Made by a program: the position numbers and the translations under genes. Below the pieces are notes generated by a model. It saw nothing but the letters and a program-made list of their open reading frames with translations, was not told the DNA's origin and did no database searches. Below, piece by piece: positions 1 through 13,366 of a DNA stretch of 64,000 nucleotides (its first letter is position 1; each line of letters opens with the position of its first letter). Location: contig CM082588.2 of NCBI GenBank assembly GCA_040954595.2, positions 12,351,398-12,415,397 on the forward strand, read 5' to 3'. Source of the DNA: Balanoglossus misakiensis (lineage: Eukaryota > Animalia > Hemichordata).

Positions 1-399
1 GACGAGTATCCCTCCACACACGCAACGGGTATTTTCCTATACACACGCACGCATCTAGGGCTTCCCACTCGGGCTTGCAATAGTGTACAATCCACAGTTC
101 CGAATTCAACACTCAGCACAGTTCTGTAGGTTTCAAATAAATCTGTTTGAAAGACATCTCATTTTGTAAACAAACATGAGAAGGCTAGGGCAAGTCCCTA
201 GGGCAAGTCCCTAACAAGAAACGCTGCACTTCGTCCACAGAAGTGTTAGCCGTCAGTGGACTGAAACTTGACAGTCTCACATTGTTGTATAAAGGAAAGT
301 CATTACGTGACTGAAACTTTTATCACGTGACCCTATTTGGCGGGAAATGATCATCCCTTGGGACAGCATATCACATGACTATCACATGGTTTATTTTGT

Positions 400-530
400 A
401 AACCGGGTTACATAAAGTTTGGTTGAACTCAAACGCCTCAAGTCCAGTTGACCATCTCACACTTCTGGCACTGGTGGGATTCAAACCAACTCCATCAAAA
501 TGACTGCAGGTGCCTAAAACCGCTTGACTG
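400..530 (-). mobile_element. Possible tRNA-derived SINE head (degenerate)
   Basis: The minus strand reads gtcaagcggttttaggc (A-box-like) then ggtttgaatccc (B-box-like). No full cloverleaf; boundaries approximate. Confidence 0.35.
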
Positions 531-745
531 TAGGACATAAATGCCTGACAGTGATATAACTATGTTATAATGTTACATCGACAATATATATTAAGTTTGG
601 GGATATTTTGTCTCAAATGATTATCCCCATCTTGTTATAAATCTGAGCCCAGGTGTCTTTGGTGTGAGATTCCAGTAGTCAGAGTAGGCTTATCTTGAAT
701 AATGTAATGCTTGTAAATAATTTCTAATTTCTTCTTACCCTCCAG

Positions 746-868
746 ATATGAATGAATGTCACAGTGGTGGAAATGCATGTCAACACTGTTGTCAGAATAC
801 CCATGGTAGTTATCTCTGCGCTTGCAGACCAGGATTCTATCTGCTGGAAGATGGCCATGCATGTGGCG
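746..868 (+). pseudogene. Calcium-binding EGF exon 1 (fibrillin/fibulin-like), open frame
   Basis: ccag| acceptor and |gtatgt donor; 123 bp, phase 1-1; DMNECHSGGNACQHCCQNTHGSYLCACRPGFYLLEDGHACG matches the cbEGF consensus. Confidence 0.85.
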
Positions 869-885
869 GTATGTAACTGTGGATT

Positions 886-1145
886 TTGGTCTCTTCTGTG
901 GCTACATTGTTTGGGGATTGTATATTGCTATGGTTACAATCAGCTAAACATTGGTCTCTTCTGTGGCTACATTGTTTGGGGATTGTATATTGCTATGGTT
1001 ACAATCAGCTAAACATTGGTCTCTTCTGTGGCTACATTGTTTGGGGATTGTATATTGCTATGGTTACAATCAGCTAAACATTGGTCTCTTCTGTGGCTAC
1101 ACTGTTTGGGGATTGCATATTGCTATGGTTACAATCAGCTAAACA
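886..1145. repeat. 65-bp tandem repeat, 4 copies
   Basis: ttggtctcttctgtggctacattgtttggggattgtatattgctatggttacaatcagctaaaca recurs at 886, 951, 1016 and 1081. Confidence 0.95.
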
Positions 1146-2088
1146 CACATCCTGTCTTTCCATTGCACACATTTTAAAATTTGAAATCAACCGCACACTC
1201 GTACTGAACACATGTTTGTTGAAATTGTATCTTAGAATTTTTCCAATTACAATTATGCATAATATAAACAAATTAACAAATGTGAAAACTTATCTTTGAA
1301 AATGTGTTTGCAAGGGTGAAAAAGTAATCTGTATTTCAAAAATCAGACAGAGTTTTGCTGACAGGGTACACAAGTTTCAGGGGATTTTGGAGAGAGTGTT
1401 AAAATTCCTAGGAAGAGATTGCCATGGATATTGAGGACTTTGGTGTAAACACAATTAATTGATCAAGAAATATGTGGTTAAGAATATGTGTCATCAACCT
1501 CACACGACACTATAAGACTGTCTGATATATTCATGTACAAGTATTTTCACTACTTATTTGCATAATTCAATGAAATTAACATAAATTATCAACCTATAGC
1601 TAAGTAAATTACCTCTGCAAAGAATAAATATGCACTTAGAAAATTCATATAGTTTTCATCTCATTTTAAAGACATTACAAAATGCTTCTCTGAGGGTACA
1701 GTAATTTTTAACGGGCATATTCTTGATAACTCATCACCATGAATGATCATTTCAAAACTTAACAAGGCATATGGCTAAAGAGGATTCAGTGTTTGTGCAC
1801 CTTCTATCCACAATGCTGGATCTATTGACAGTTTTCAAAGGGGTTTTTAAGACTCGTCCTTTTATTCAGCACTATTTCATTCCATTGCTTTTTTGGTTTA
1901 TAGGGATTGTCTTTCAGAACTGTTTCTGTTTGTTTGGGGTTTTTAAGTGTAATTTTTATCCTTTAAGCTTTCACTTGTTTTCTAATTTTATTATTTTCTG
2001 TAGAAAATGCACTGAGATGTATGTGTATTACATTTGTTAGGAAATAAATAATAATAAATTTATTAATAATAACTATCTTTGATTTCAG

Positions 2089-2205
2089 ATGTCAATGAAT
2101 ATATGGAGAGAGCAGATCTTTGTGGAGGCCAGTGTGTGAATACAGCAGGCTCTTTTTATTGCACTTGTGCTGTGGAATATTGATTGGTCAATGGAGAGTG
2201 TACAG
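2089..2205 (+). pseudogene. cbEGF exon 2, inactivated
   Basis: ttcag| ... |gtaaga; 117 bp, phase 1-1; DVNE(Y)MERADLCGGQCVNTAGSFYCTCAVEY*LVNGECT. The first Cys is replaced by Tyr and there is an in-frame TGA at 2181-2183. Confidence 0.85.
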
Positions 2206-2224
2206 GTAAGATCAACACAATATA

Positions 2225-2595
2225 GAAATAATGCACGATGCCCTGACCATTAATGTTTGTTTATGGGCAAGGGCGAGGGGAAAGCCCAAAATTCATGGGC
2301 AAGGCTTCTGAGCCCATGAAATTTGGCTTTCCTAGAGCCCGAGCCCTGCATTTATTTCCATTACATTACCAACAATCTCAAGAAAACCATCAATATTTAT
2401 GAAAATGTCCCACACACAAGACTAGGGGCCCCGGAACTTGTGTTATGCAAAATGTTGTGTTCACTGAACTATTTGCTAATATTACTATTCAGATTTACGG
2501 GCATGTAAACAAACCATTACTGGGTATTTGTGGTCAGTGATGTCGTTCATCTTGACCAATTAAAATGCGACGTACAGACCATGGTAATATAATAT
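2225..2595. mobile_element. Short palindromic-arm non-autonomous element (Crypton-like architecture)
   Basis: Imperfect hairpin gaaataatgca...aaagcccaaaattcatgggc / gcccatgaaatttggctttc...tgcatttatttc, followed by cattacattacc, which is inverted at the far end (ggtaatataat). Confidence 0.4.
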
Positions 2596-3979
2596 GTGGG
2601 CAACGAAAGGTCCTATATCTGTAACTTTTGAATTTTTATTCAGTATTATGCTGGTTATCAACCATCATTTGAAGCAGGGTAAGCAATGTTGTTATTGTTT
2701 AAAAATTGTATTCAAGCCTGGGTCTGGACTTGGATGCAATTTGTCAATAATAACAGTGATTGGTAACTGCATGTTTTCATAACTGGCTATCTGTTAAAGA
2801 GACCATTTGCTGTGTGTACAGTACACATGCCATTGGCAGCTTATGGGTCAGCCAGTGTTTGCCTGTTAATCTCTCGTTGTGTATGTGTGTCTGTACAGTC
2901 AGATCGCATGGTACTCATTAACATATGTTAATGAGGGAAAGAACTTCATACCATGTAGCCGTTACCTTGGGCCCCGCTGAAGGGTCGCGAAATAGGCCAT
3001 TTTTTTACGCGACATTATAGAGCTGATTTCAGGCGAATACAGACAAGAGAGTATAGACAACTCAGGTTTTAAAGGATTTTCATCATTTCCACTGTGTCAA
3101 CGTCACTACATCCTTGCTATGAGAAAAAGCCATCCCTTGTGTACTTCGTGCTTATCACGGGCAAACAATTTGTTTAAAATCCCTGATTTTGATATGGTGC
3201 AAACATTTCACCAACAAACTAACACACCATTTGCCCTTACTCAAGACAGCCTGATTTGTTTGAAATGTTATAAAACATTTGTTGCTTTAGCGGAAAAAGC
3301 AAGGTGTAGTATTCAACAAGGCCTAATTATGTCGAGTGATATAGCACTTGCTGAAGAAATTAAAAAATATGTCACAATGCTACAAAAAGGCTGCAGCTGT
3401 GACACCGACTTGGTGAATTTTGCATGCTGGAAAACTGTTGTCTTTTTAGGAGAAGTGCTCCTCAGAAAACACGCCATTCTATTGTTTGACGTCAGGCAAT
3501 ATTTCAATGATTGTTTAGACGATGAATATCAGACTTTGTGACCCAAGGTCAAGGTACAACCAGTGGAATTCCACAGAAAACCTAATAGCTGGCTTATTCG
3601 GGAATTTCTATGTGTGTATTATCCAATTCACCTTTCTGTTGTATCAAAAGTGAGTAGAAAGTTCTCCACCTTTTTGTACCGAACGGGTTCAGATCTCACT
3701 ATTGCCCTCCAAAATGCACTTGTCGAACATCCCCAGTATGTTGTGCAAGCTGAGAAACAGATAGAGAGGCTTGAAAAGCAAGTAAGAGACTTGAGTAAAG
3801 TTGACGTTGACTTTTTCAAAATGCTTGATTTGGTGGCTGTGAAATTAAATGCCAGCATTTATCAGCAATCTTAAAAATTCAGTAATTACTGCAAAACAAA
3901 CACTGTTGATCTGAGTACACTTGATGTTGAATATATTGTCAGTGAGATTGACCCTGTGTTATGGAATACTATTTTTATA

Positions 3980-5168
3980 TATAATCCCATGATATTTTTC
4001 TTTGTTTGACGTCATCGTATACGAGTGTTTTCGCAGAGCCGTGCAACTTCGAGCCGTAGGCGAGAAGTTGCTAGACTCCGCGAAAACCACGAGTATACGA
4101 TGACGTTAAATAAAGAAAAATATCATGGGATTATATATTTATCACATGAAGTCTTCTTATTTTTCGTTAGAACAGGTAGGATACAATATTCCAATATCCT
4201 GCTAAAATATTCGAGCGGCCTTGTAGTTTATTTAGCGGGATTACGTTCTTTCCCCTGCGCAACGATCTGTGGCCCCAACGAGATATGCTAATTATGGAAT
4301 CACTGTCATTCATAAAGTGAAATCGACTTTCAAGTTTTTACACTTTTGCGTCTTGTCTACCAATCAGATTCGCGGAGTCAGTCACATGGGCCAGAATTTT
4401 GATACATTCTGCCTGTCAATCATTGTCTCGCGCTGTGTACAGTTGCCTGCAAAGTTATGCTGCAAGTCGCAGTTTGACAGAAAAAATGACGCACTTCACT
4501 GTAAAACTTTATGAAAAAATAAACACAGTTCCATTGCCACATATCCTAAAACCGTTATTGTGACTGGATATTAAAAATATTAGTCCAGGAACGATGTTCA
4601 AGGTTCAAGGTTGCGTTTGCGTCGGCCTGGCTAGTCAGCGCAGTTGTGCTTCCGCGGAAATACAACCGTCGTACAGAATCTCAGCCTTGGACCCCAGACA
4701 AATGTTTTCGATTCTCAAACAAATGAATTGCGAAGTTTTTTCCACATCTTATACTTATCGTTGACCAGTGGACAGAATACAGAGTGTTAGTCATCCCGCT
4801 CAGCTGGAACAAAACCATTCTCGTAACTTCTGTAAGCCTAAAATGTGCTGGCTCGCTCGGGACCAGGACCGCTAGCTGCAAGCACACATTCACGATCGTA
4901 GCGTCGACGTTTCAAATTCTACCTTTCTCGTATTGATTTTACCCAGCGATATTCTTACGGAACCGTCATGGAACCGTCAGTTTTATATGAATTATGTACA
5001 ACTACAATACATCCACTTGTTTATTCCGTTTCACAAGAAAGTTACAGCGACGGGCGAATCAGTGTAAATAGTTCCGGTTGATGACGTAGAACAGGGGTAA
5101 ATTCGGATTTTTTATTCGACCTGTTCTACGTCACACAAGCGGCTATACGGGCCAGTTCATGTGATAAA
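3980..5168. mobile_element. ~1.19-kb non-autonomous Crypton-like element, copy 1 (inserted in the Academ ORF)
   Basis: About 160-bp terminal palindrome centred on cgagccgtaggcgag, then ttatcacatgaa, inverted at the far end (ttcatgtgataa). A second copy lies at 23482-24627. Removing it rejoins Academ coding sequence WNTIFI-TLNNSEC. Confidence 0.7.
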
Positions 5169-5706
5169 ACGTTGAACAACAGTGAATGCAGTAAATTAAA
5201 AAGCCCCAACTTTGAATGAAATAAACACTACTATGGATTTTATGACCAGCACTCTATGGAGAGTAGAGCACGATTCCTCAGGCGTTTGTTTTGTGTGTAT
5301 GCTATTGTTCACTTGTTCTGATCATTGTACTTACCCATTGCATACTTACCTGGCTGACATTGTTGAAGGTTATAGTAGGTCATCTACTCTAGTGAAAATT
5401 CTAAATTGATTTGGTATTATTTGTTCTGGAGATACATTGCATAGATACATGTTGGGAATTATCAACAAAAGAACATCAGCTGATTTCACAGAGGAAAATA
5501 TTGCAAATAATGCATTTTGTATAACTTCCATTGATAATATTGATAAATCAGCTAAATATGCAGCTGTTAGAGCTGATCCAAAGGACAGAGGTTTCCACGG
5601 TACCTCTTATCAAATGGTCCAACCAAAACCAAAGTCAATTTTGAACAGTGTTGATGATATTGTTTTTGGCAGTCATGACAAACATTCAACTGTCAAAGAT
5701 TTTAAG

Positions 5707-6180
5707 CTAATCAACATATATGGTGATGGAAGGTGCTTTTTCAGGAGCATCTCTGTGAGAAATGATATTGCATTGCAAAATTGCGATCATCTACCTAGTG
5801 GACTCCCTTCTGACCCAATTTTAGCTGACCGAGAGAAAATATTCGCAGACAAGTTAAGAGCAGATACAGTAGACATAATGCGTGCCAATCATATATACTT
5901 TGAAGGAATGGATGATGCACAACTTGATGTCCTGTTAGACGGCACTCGTTATATGGACATTTTGCACAGAACACAATGTATGGAAAAGGCAGATGAATAT
6001 GCTGGTATGCCAGAAATGTTATCTGTAGTGTATGTTGCAAAATGTCCATTACATATATACACCAAGCAGAATGATATATTTGCAAGAGGTGATGGTGATG
6101 TGTTCTCCAAGACTGAGCCTGTCTGTCTCTTGTACACACCAGACAGGCCAGGTCAACCAGGCCATTATGATTTGCTTCTT
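5707..6180 (+). other. OTU-like cysteine protease (deubiquitinase) domain within the Academ ORF
   Basis: Cys box IYGDGRCFFRSIS, central YAGMPEM, and His box LLY..GHYDLL, all in frame within ORF 5437..6330. Confidence 0.85.
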
Positions 6181-7283
6181 AACAGGCAGTTAATTAAAAG
6201 TAAAGATAGTCTGGTGAGTGAAAATGCACGGAATTCATTTGAACGGTGGCAGGAATTAAACAGTGGCTTTTGTTCACAAAATACAGTAGACTCTGAAATG
6301 AATGAAATTTTTGGCAATTTGTGGAAATAATACTAAAATCATGGTTGACAGATCTATCTAAAAAAATACTGGTACAGGTTTGGTTGCACCTGTGAGAAAA
6401 GCCTGTACATTTACGGAGAAAAAAATCCGATGATACTGTTCATGATAATGTAGTATTTAAACCACCTCTACTGAGACAACATCAACCACGGTCATCAATT
6501 TCGCTGTCAGATTTTGACATTAAACAAGAAGAAGCCATTGCTTGGTCAGAACTGTTTTCTGACAATTTTTTTTTTGCTCTACAGAAAAATGCAATGCACA
6601 GAGCGGATATAGAAACAGTTTTTGGGGATTTTAAATCAACATTAGCAACAAATGCTAACAGTAATGACAGTGAATGCTCAAATGTCATTTATTTGGGCAT
6701 ATCAAGTGAACACGCAGACACCATTGAAACTGTCCATAACATTATCAATAAGCTGTATATGTTACATTCAGAGTTGGTGTAAGAATAAAATACCTGGTTG
6801 TGGTTGGTGATGGGAAAACTTTCCATCACCTGATAAAGTTAAAAGACATGTATGGTGCAAATTTAGACTGGTTGCAGCCTTTTATCAGAGACTGGCACAC
6901 TCTAAAAAATTACCAACCAGTCATCATGAAAATATTCTGGGATGCTGGCCTAAAACATCTGGCAGGGTTCAATCATAAAGGGGGAACTTTGGAAACCCTA
7001 GTACAGTGTACAAATTTCAAGCTAACTCATCGCTTCCTAACACAAATTTGGGAAAGTATGTTTAGATGTGTTGTCAATTCCTTTTTGAATAAGAGGGGTG
7101 AAACCCATAATACCCAGCACTGTCCCTTAAATACAGAAACAGTCCAAAAATGTTTACTAGAAGCTGTCACAAAATCTTTGGAATGTACTGAAGATAAAGC
7201 TGATCATATTGACAAAAATCATGGTGACCTTAAGGCTCAACTTACTCGCTTGCAAGAGGAATTTCAGATTTTTTGTGACAGAA

Positions 7284-7916
7284 CACAGTACGATATTTTA
7301 CCCACAATTCTCCATGATTTGTATCATTGAAGGTTGCCCATTTAATAACTTTTTCTGTTTTAGATACTAAGAATGATATGAAGTACATATAAATCTATTT
7401 ATGTTTATCTAGGAAAAGTAAATTGAGGAATTAGAGTGAAAATTCCAAAATCAAAATTTAAAAGCAATAAGAATCAAAGTATTCATGTACTGCAAATGCC
7501 ACACTTTGGAGGAAACAAGCAATGAGGAAACAAGCAATGATTGACTGAGGTGGCCAGTCTCTGTTGAAAGTTAACATGTAAATTTCCATTGTTCTGTCAA
7601 AAGAAAATGTCAATATCTTTTTGTTTGATTAAACAGGTGTTTCAAGTGTCCCTGTTTTACTCCAAACTTTTTGGTATGGCTGCCTATGCAATTGCTTGAT
7701 TATTTTATAAAATTCGTATCTTCTCTCTCAATAATACATAATTTTCTAAATCATTTGAAATGGTAATTGACAATAACATTCACCTTAAAAGTAAGATCTC
7801 AAAATTTCTATTAGTGGTCTACAATTCTCTCTACACATGTGAACTTTGCGTGGTTTGACTGAGTAATCTCTGATTGTACAAATCAGAATGAATTATGGGA
7901 TATTTCACGTACTGTG
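7284..7916. mobile_element. 633-bp Transib-like MITE
   Basis: Termini CACAGTACG..CGTACTGTG with a 5-bp TSD CAGAA (7279-7283, 7917-7921). Excision restores the Academ frame FCDR-RANTDKTFKFW. Confidence 0.8.
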
Positions 7917-8505
7917 CAGAAGGGCAAATACAGACAAAACTTTCAAATTTTGGGTTAGATTTATAGAGGAAGATTTGTTTGCATACATGTCTTTGTACAT
8001 TGCAATAAGGTCAGGAAATTGGAACCTTCGAATATCGGCTTTGAAAAAAATGAACCCACTGTTCCATGCATATGACCGATCCCTGTACTTGAGGTTAATT
8101 CCCAGACATCTTGCTGACCTTCTGAAGATGCCAAACTCTCTGTTGTTACATTTCAAAGCAGGTGGTTTTGTTTGCAATTTGTCAGGCTCAACTTGGGTTA
8201 ATGTAGCACTAGATGAAGCCCATGAAATGTGCGTCAATAAAGATGTTAAAGCTGCATTGCATACTTCTACAGGTGGGTTAATGGAGAGAATAGCAATTTA
8301 TTTACCCTATAGAGCTATGGCTGCCAAGAATCTAAAAGATCTGTTATTTCCTTTCCAAAATGAAACCCATAATTCAGTTAGTGTACATAAAATACATGAG
8401 TCAAACTGCAGGTTGTATATCAATTGTCTTGAAGGTGCTGATGTATTTTCACCACTTAATACCGTCAGGGAGCTAACTAATATATTTTCAGATGACCCAG
8501 CAAAG

Positions 8506-9570
8506 AATAGCGTCAAGGACACTGTGGTCCCATTTGAGGATTATGCGGAAACAGTGACACACCAGAATAAAAATTACAGGTGACATTGCAAGCACATATG
8601 ATCTTGCGATATAGAAATTTGGAATGTAAAAAAAAATAACAAGGAACATGCCCAATAAACTGTCATGTGTCATGACAGTCTTACAAGTAGTGCTAGAAAA
8701 AAAATTGACCAAAAATTGTCTGTACAAACACATATGAGAAGCAACTTCTTTCAGTCAGCCCTGAAACAGACAGACAGACAGACACACACACTGACCTGCC
8801 ACTGGTAATAAAAAATTTAATAGCCCATGGTCTCTCTAACAGCTGGCATATTGAAGTTATGTAAACATGTCTAAGTTGGGGGTAACAACTCCTTGTAAAC
8901 AGTAACTTTCAAAACAACTGGACAATTGGTTTAGGAGAAAAAACTCGCTAAATATTGAATATTTCTGATATCAGAATTGAATAAAAGTTGCACATATACA
9001 TGTATGTGTTATGAAATTATATCCTAAATTTCAAAGCAATCAGAGAAAAAACAAATTTCAAAGCAATCAACAAGCAGTTTCACAAAAAAATATTTGTTCA
9101 AAAGTGGCAAAAACACAAAATTGTACAATACCTTACTTCAACCACTACAAGGAACATGCTGCCAAAGTTCAATGCAATATGACAAGCAGTTTCAGGAAAA
9201 CAATTTTTGACAAAAATTGCAAAAGTTTCCCCGATAACACATTTATGAAAATATCACATTTTTTACAACATATTATTTGGGTTACACCTACGAACATGCC
9301 TACCAAATTGCAAAGCAATCTGGCATGCGGTTTTAAAGAAAAAAAATGACCAAAAATGGCAAATATTGCTCAAAATTATAAATATGCAAATTTTGCAACA
9401 ATTTGAACAAAACTATGGTTACTCAGACAACAATTGGGAAGCTTCATACTAAATTTAAAAGAAGTAAGCCCATCACTTTCAGAAATGAAGACTTTTTACC
9501 AACATGGAAAATACAAACAAATGCATAAAAAATAGGAAATCAATAATATTAGCTCAAAACATACATTAAT
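8506..9570 (-). mobile_element. Helitron2/Helentron-type non-autonomous element inserted in the Academ ORF
   Basis: Minus-strand 3' end aatgggaccacagtgtccttgacgctatt at 8506-8535, with the same end at 46895-46925. The other boundary is approximate, and some Academ sequence appears lost here. Confidence 0.6.
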
Positions 9571-11139
9571 TGTAGGCCAAACAAGAGAAAACTAGTGAAC
9601 TTCTTGTCAGCCACATCTTTAAAAATAATTGTACCGGCTCTGCAAGGTGATCATGTCCTCATTACAGCAGGTGGCTTTGATGGGGAAAATAGGGACAAGA
9701 GTCTTTTCGTCGGTAGTAATGGAATTGTGTCTGAGTGGGAAGCCAAAAGTTGTCATGAAGAAGCTGACAGTAGATGCATCCTTCATGCAGTTCAGTCCTC
9801 TTACAAGAAAGGTGTTATTTACTCCCCTGATACCGATACTTATCATGTTCTCCTCCCAGTACTATATCAACATGTTCAAAAGGAGATATTTGTACAACTG
9901 GATAATGATTTATCCAATCTCACTTATTTAGACATGAATCAATTCAAATCAGATTTAAATTTAGACCCTGATTTGCAACATATTCCCCTCCAATATGTAT
10001 GCAAAATATTTCAAACAGTGTTCATATGCACAGGTTGTGACTATACTTTGCAGGCATCGGAAAGATATCTTTCTACAAAACATTTTTTTCAATACTCTGA
10101 ATTTATAACTAGTGGCACCCTTATACCTGGAACACTGATAGACACAACAGTAGACAGTGTAGGGAATGGAATTTTCGCTTTCATACGTTTAAAAGGTAGT
10201 GTTTATGTTAAGAAACATTTCCAAGCATTTGATGCATCTCATCCTTTTGAACTTTATCGACAAGTAGCCAGTGTCACTAACAGTCTTAAAGATAACCACA
10301 TCAAATGGCTTACATATATACGAGAAACAATTTGGCCACGTATCCAGTATGAGGAAGAATGTATCCCTTCCTTTGAAGCCCTACAACTGCACTGGAAAAG
10401 ATCATGCTGGGTCTCTCAGTTATGGTCCCAGGCCGATCAGTGCCATGTTACGTTTCCCTTATTCAATAATTATGGATACAGACTAAGCAACGGCGAACTT
10501 GATATTATTTGGGACAGTGATGCCAATTTAGAAAAAGTGAAAAATAATTTGGAGTTGCTAACAAAAGGGTGTGGCTGCAAAAAGATGCCAACTTGTAATA
10601 GCAGATGTTGTAAATGTTATAAGACCCACAATGGTTGTGGCCCTGCGTGTCAATGCAATGACTGCAGTAATCCACATAATGGGAACCCTGGATTCTGTAC
10701 CACATCGAAAAAGTATGGGGTATGCCCAAAATATACAGATAAGTCACCACTATTAGAATCACCATCACTGATACTGAACATCATAATATGGAAAATAGCA
10801 TTGATGCAATTTTACAGGAGGAGTCACATGAATTTGACATTTTAAGAGAAGAAGAGGGAAATATTTACGAGACTGATTCTGACTTTGACGAACTGACTGA
10901 TGAATATAACTGGACGGAAGAAAAACAAACTGATAATTCAAAGAATGGTGATTGTGATTCCAATGATGGTGACTGTGATGACATTTAATGAATCATCAAT
11001 GAAATTGATTGGTCTTTTGTGGGTTGCAGCCCTATTGTGATTTCAGTCGTACCTTTCCAATCGCACCCTGTGTGTATGTGTTAATTTCAGACATGGTTAC
11101 TGTAACCGTATTCCAAACAATCACCATTTTATCCGCTTG

Positions 11140-11855
11140 ACACAGGGATCAGTTCTTTGTCCTATACTTTTTAATATGTACACTTCTCCATTAGGTGAAT
11201 TAGTTTCTAGTCATGGATGCCTGTACATAGCTTTTATGCAGATGGCTCTTCATTGTCTTTTACCAAGAAGAATGCTCCCAGAATGCTTTCAAATCTAGAA
11301 CGTTGTATTTCTGATGTCGGTACTGAATGTCTGAAAATGTCTTGTGTTTAAACAACAATAAGACTGAATTTGTTATTTTTTCTGCTACTTCGGGTAATCT
11401 ATCTGCCAGAGGGATTACAGAAATTCATGCGATGCTCTGAAACCTGTTCATTGTCTGACAATGATTGCACAGATCTGCCATTCAGTCGATTTTCATTTGC
11501 AGCATATTGCACTTGTCTGTAAATATTTATCTCAAGCCGCCACAGAGCAATAAAGTTCCTTCTTTTGTTGCATTTCGAATAGATTCATGTAATTCACTTT
11601 TATTTGGGCTCCCTAAGTACTAGATCAGCCGTATTCAAGTTCAAAATATTGCTGCTAGTTCCAAAATCACCTTTTACATCAATGCAATTTCAGTTGCATT
11701 GGTTACCTGTGTCTGATTGTATTGTTTTCAAGATTTTATTTCTTATTTTTGAATTCATTCATAGACTTGGACCATCATATCTGTCTGATATGATCAAATT
11801 GTATGTTCCAAATCGAAATTTGAAGTCAGCTGATCAGCTCAAACTCTGTCCTGTT
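11140..11855 (+). mobile_element. Decayed L2/CR1-group LINE ORF2 3' fragment
   Basis: Broken frames give QGSVLCPILFNMYTSPL, FYAD, LNNNKTEFVIF and LHWLPVSDCIVFKIL..GPSYLSD..YVPNRNLKS. Confidence 0.8.
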
Positions 11856-12869
11856 CAGCCCAATGCAATGATGACAACAAAAATTGCTTGCCTTCAGACA
11901 CAAATATTTATTGCATATATCATCAGCGAATAAAGGGAAATGGTTTTGAAGTTACAGTTGGCATTTTGCATTCTCGAAACGTCTACTTATATCCCAGGCC
12001 ATGATACGGAGAAAAAAAATACACCAGCTGAGCTCCTCACACGTACGTAGTCATGTATGGTAAACTGGCATTCTGTCCATATGGGACCTACATTTGTAGG
12101 CAATAGATCGATGTTGTGTTGAAATCAGGCTAGTAATTAAGTTAAAACTTGGCTAATACATTACCTTAGGGTGTTATACATTATCCAGTAACTGTTTTAC
12201 TTAAGAATTGCCTTTCAAAAGCTGTTTTCCCCACGGTAAACGTATCGTTTCACGATCAACGCAACACTTCCGTATTTACAAGGCTAACATGGAGCCGGAG
12301 AGGTCAACGTATACTTCCGAGTTATATCGTCGAACGACATCGATTATTTTTAAGCGGACTTTTACACAAGCATTTCGAATTAATTTCTTTTCACGGATGT
12401 CGGGACCGATATTAGACCTCTCTGTCAGGAAAGTTTGGTTAACTTCCGAGGTCGTTTTCAAATGATTTTTGACACGTTTGTGGACGTCTCTTTCGGGGTC
12501 ACCAACATACCACCGAAAACACGTTAAAAACTTCTACTATTACCGACAGATTTTCATAAAATTTACATCTGCAGTGAAAAATGGGAATCACTTTCGTAAT
12601 TTATCCAGCTAACATGGTATTTTATAAAAATCAAATTGAAAATCACCTTGAAAATTGGCCTATTGCAGTCTGTTTGAAAGTTAACGGTCGCTCGCTTGAT
12701 GAACTTTCATATGCAAATGAGCACCATGCGATCTGACTGTGTATATGTACTCCGTGTAGACTGAATGGGACCACTGTGTCCTTGATGCAATTTTTTACAC
12801 TTATCAGGTATATGTTGACTAACACAAGCAAAAATATCACCAACTCATCTGAGAAATCTTATCCCAGGT

Positions 12870-13280
12870 CCTAAGGTTGTGAGATTAATAGAATCTCACA
12901 CTCCCAAGGACTAGGGGTCATAATTCTGACATGACTTGGGGATTTTCTGTCCCACAGGAGCTGCAGGCGAATGTGGGACAAAATATCCCTGATAAGTGTG
13001 GGAAATATGATCCTAGGTCCTTTGTGTATGAGATTATATTTCTCACACGGGCACAAATTAGCCAAATTCGTCTTAAAACATTGAATAAATGACTCTTGAG
13101 TTGTCATCTGGCATGTTTTAGTTTCTTTATCCTGTCATTGGATAACATTTAGCGCACATTATTAAAGAAACGCTTTGTCATCCAATCAGCGCTCGCGTCA
13201 TATACAGCTTTCGATTCAGTGAGTGTGTGGGATTGATTTGTTCTTACACTCTGATCCCACACTCTCAGCATGCCAGGAGT
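12870..13280. mobile_element. Short element with hairpin and asymmetric inverted repeat (Crypton-like)
   Basis: gtgagattaatagaatctcacactcc at the left and ggagtgtgagaatctat at the right. Confidence 0.35.
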
Positions 13281-13366
13281 GTGAGAATCTATATAATTAA
13301 GATCTACGAGTTTTAGGTGAAGAGTTTATCAATTTCTATGCCAACCCTGTAGGGCATTCTGGGATA

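Larger units (their letters stand above)
3050..10988 (+). mobile_element. Decayed AcademX DNA transposon coding region (N-terminal Cys region, DDE transposase with inserted OTU domain, XPG/PIN-like nuclease, Cys8/CxC finger, acidic tail)
   Basis: Collinear ORF pieces: SIDNID..GFHGTSYQMVQP (5437-6330); SNVIYL..HADT (6594-6782); VGDGKTF..DWHTLKN (6800-7283); IRSGNW..PLFHAYDR..ALDEAHEM (7922-8505); HEEADSRCILHA..SPDTDT..TGCD and CGCKK..C..CKC..C..CQC..C (9595-10845). Many stops and frameshifts, three nested insertions. Termini not found. Confidence 0.8.

Noticed and set aside
752-1299. ORFs at 752, 886, 951 and 1081
   Set aside because: They are out of frame with the EGF exon or are products of the 65-bp tandem repeat.
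2890-2990. Left terminus of the large Academ element (TAGCCGTTACC near 2956)
   Set aside because: No matching inverted right end or TSD could be found downstream of 10988.
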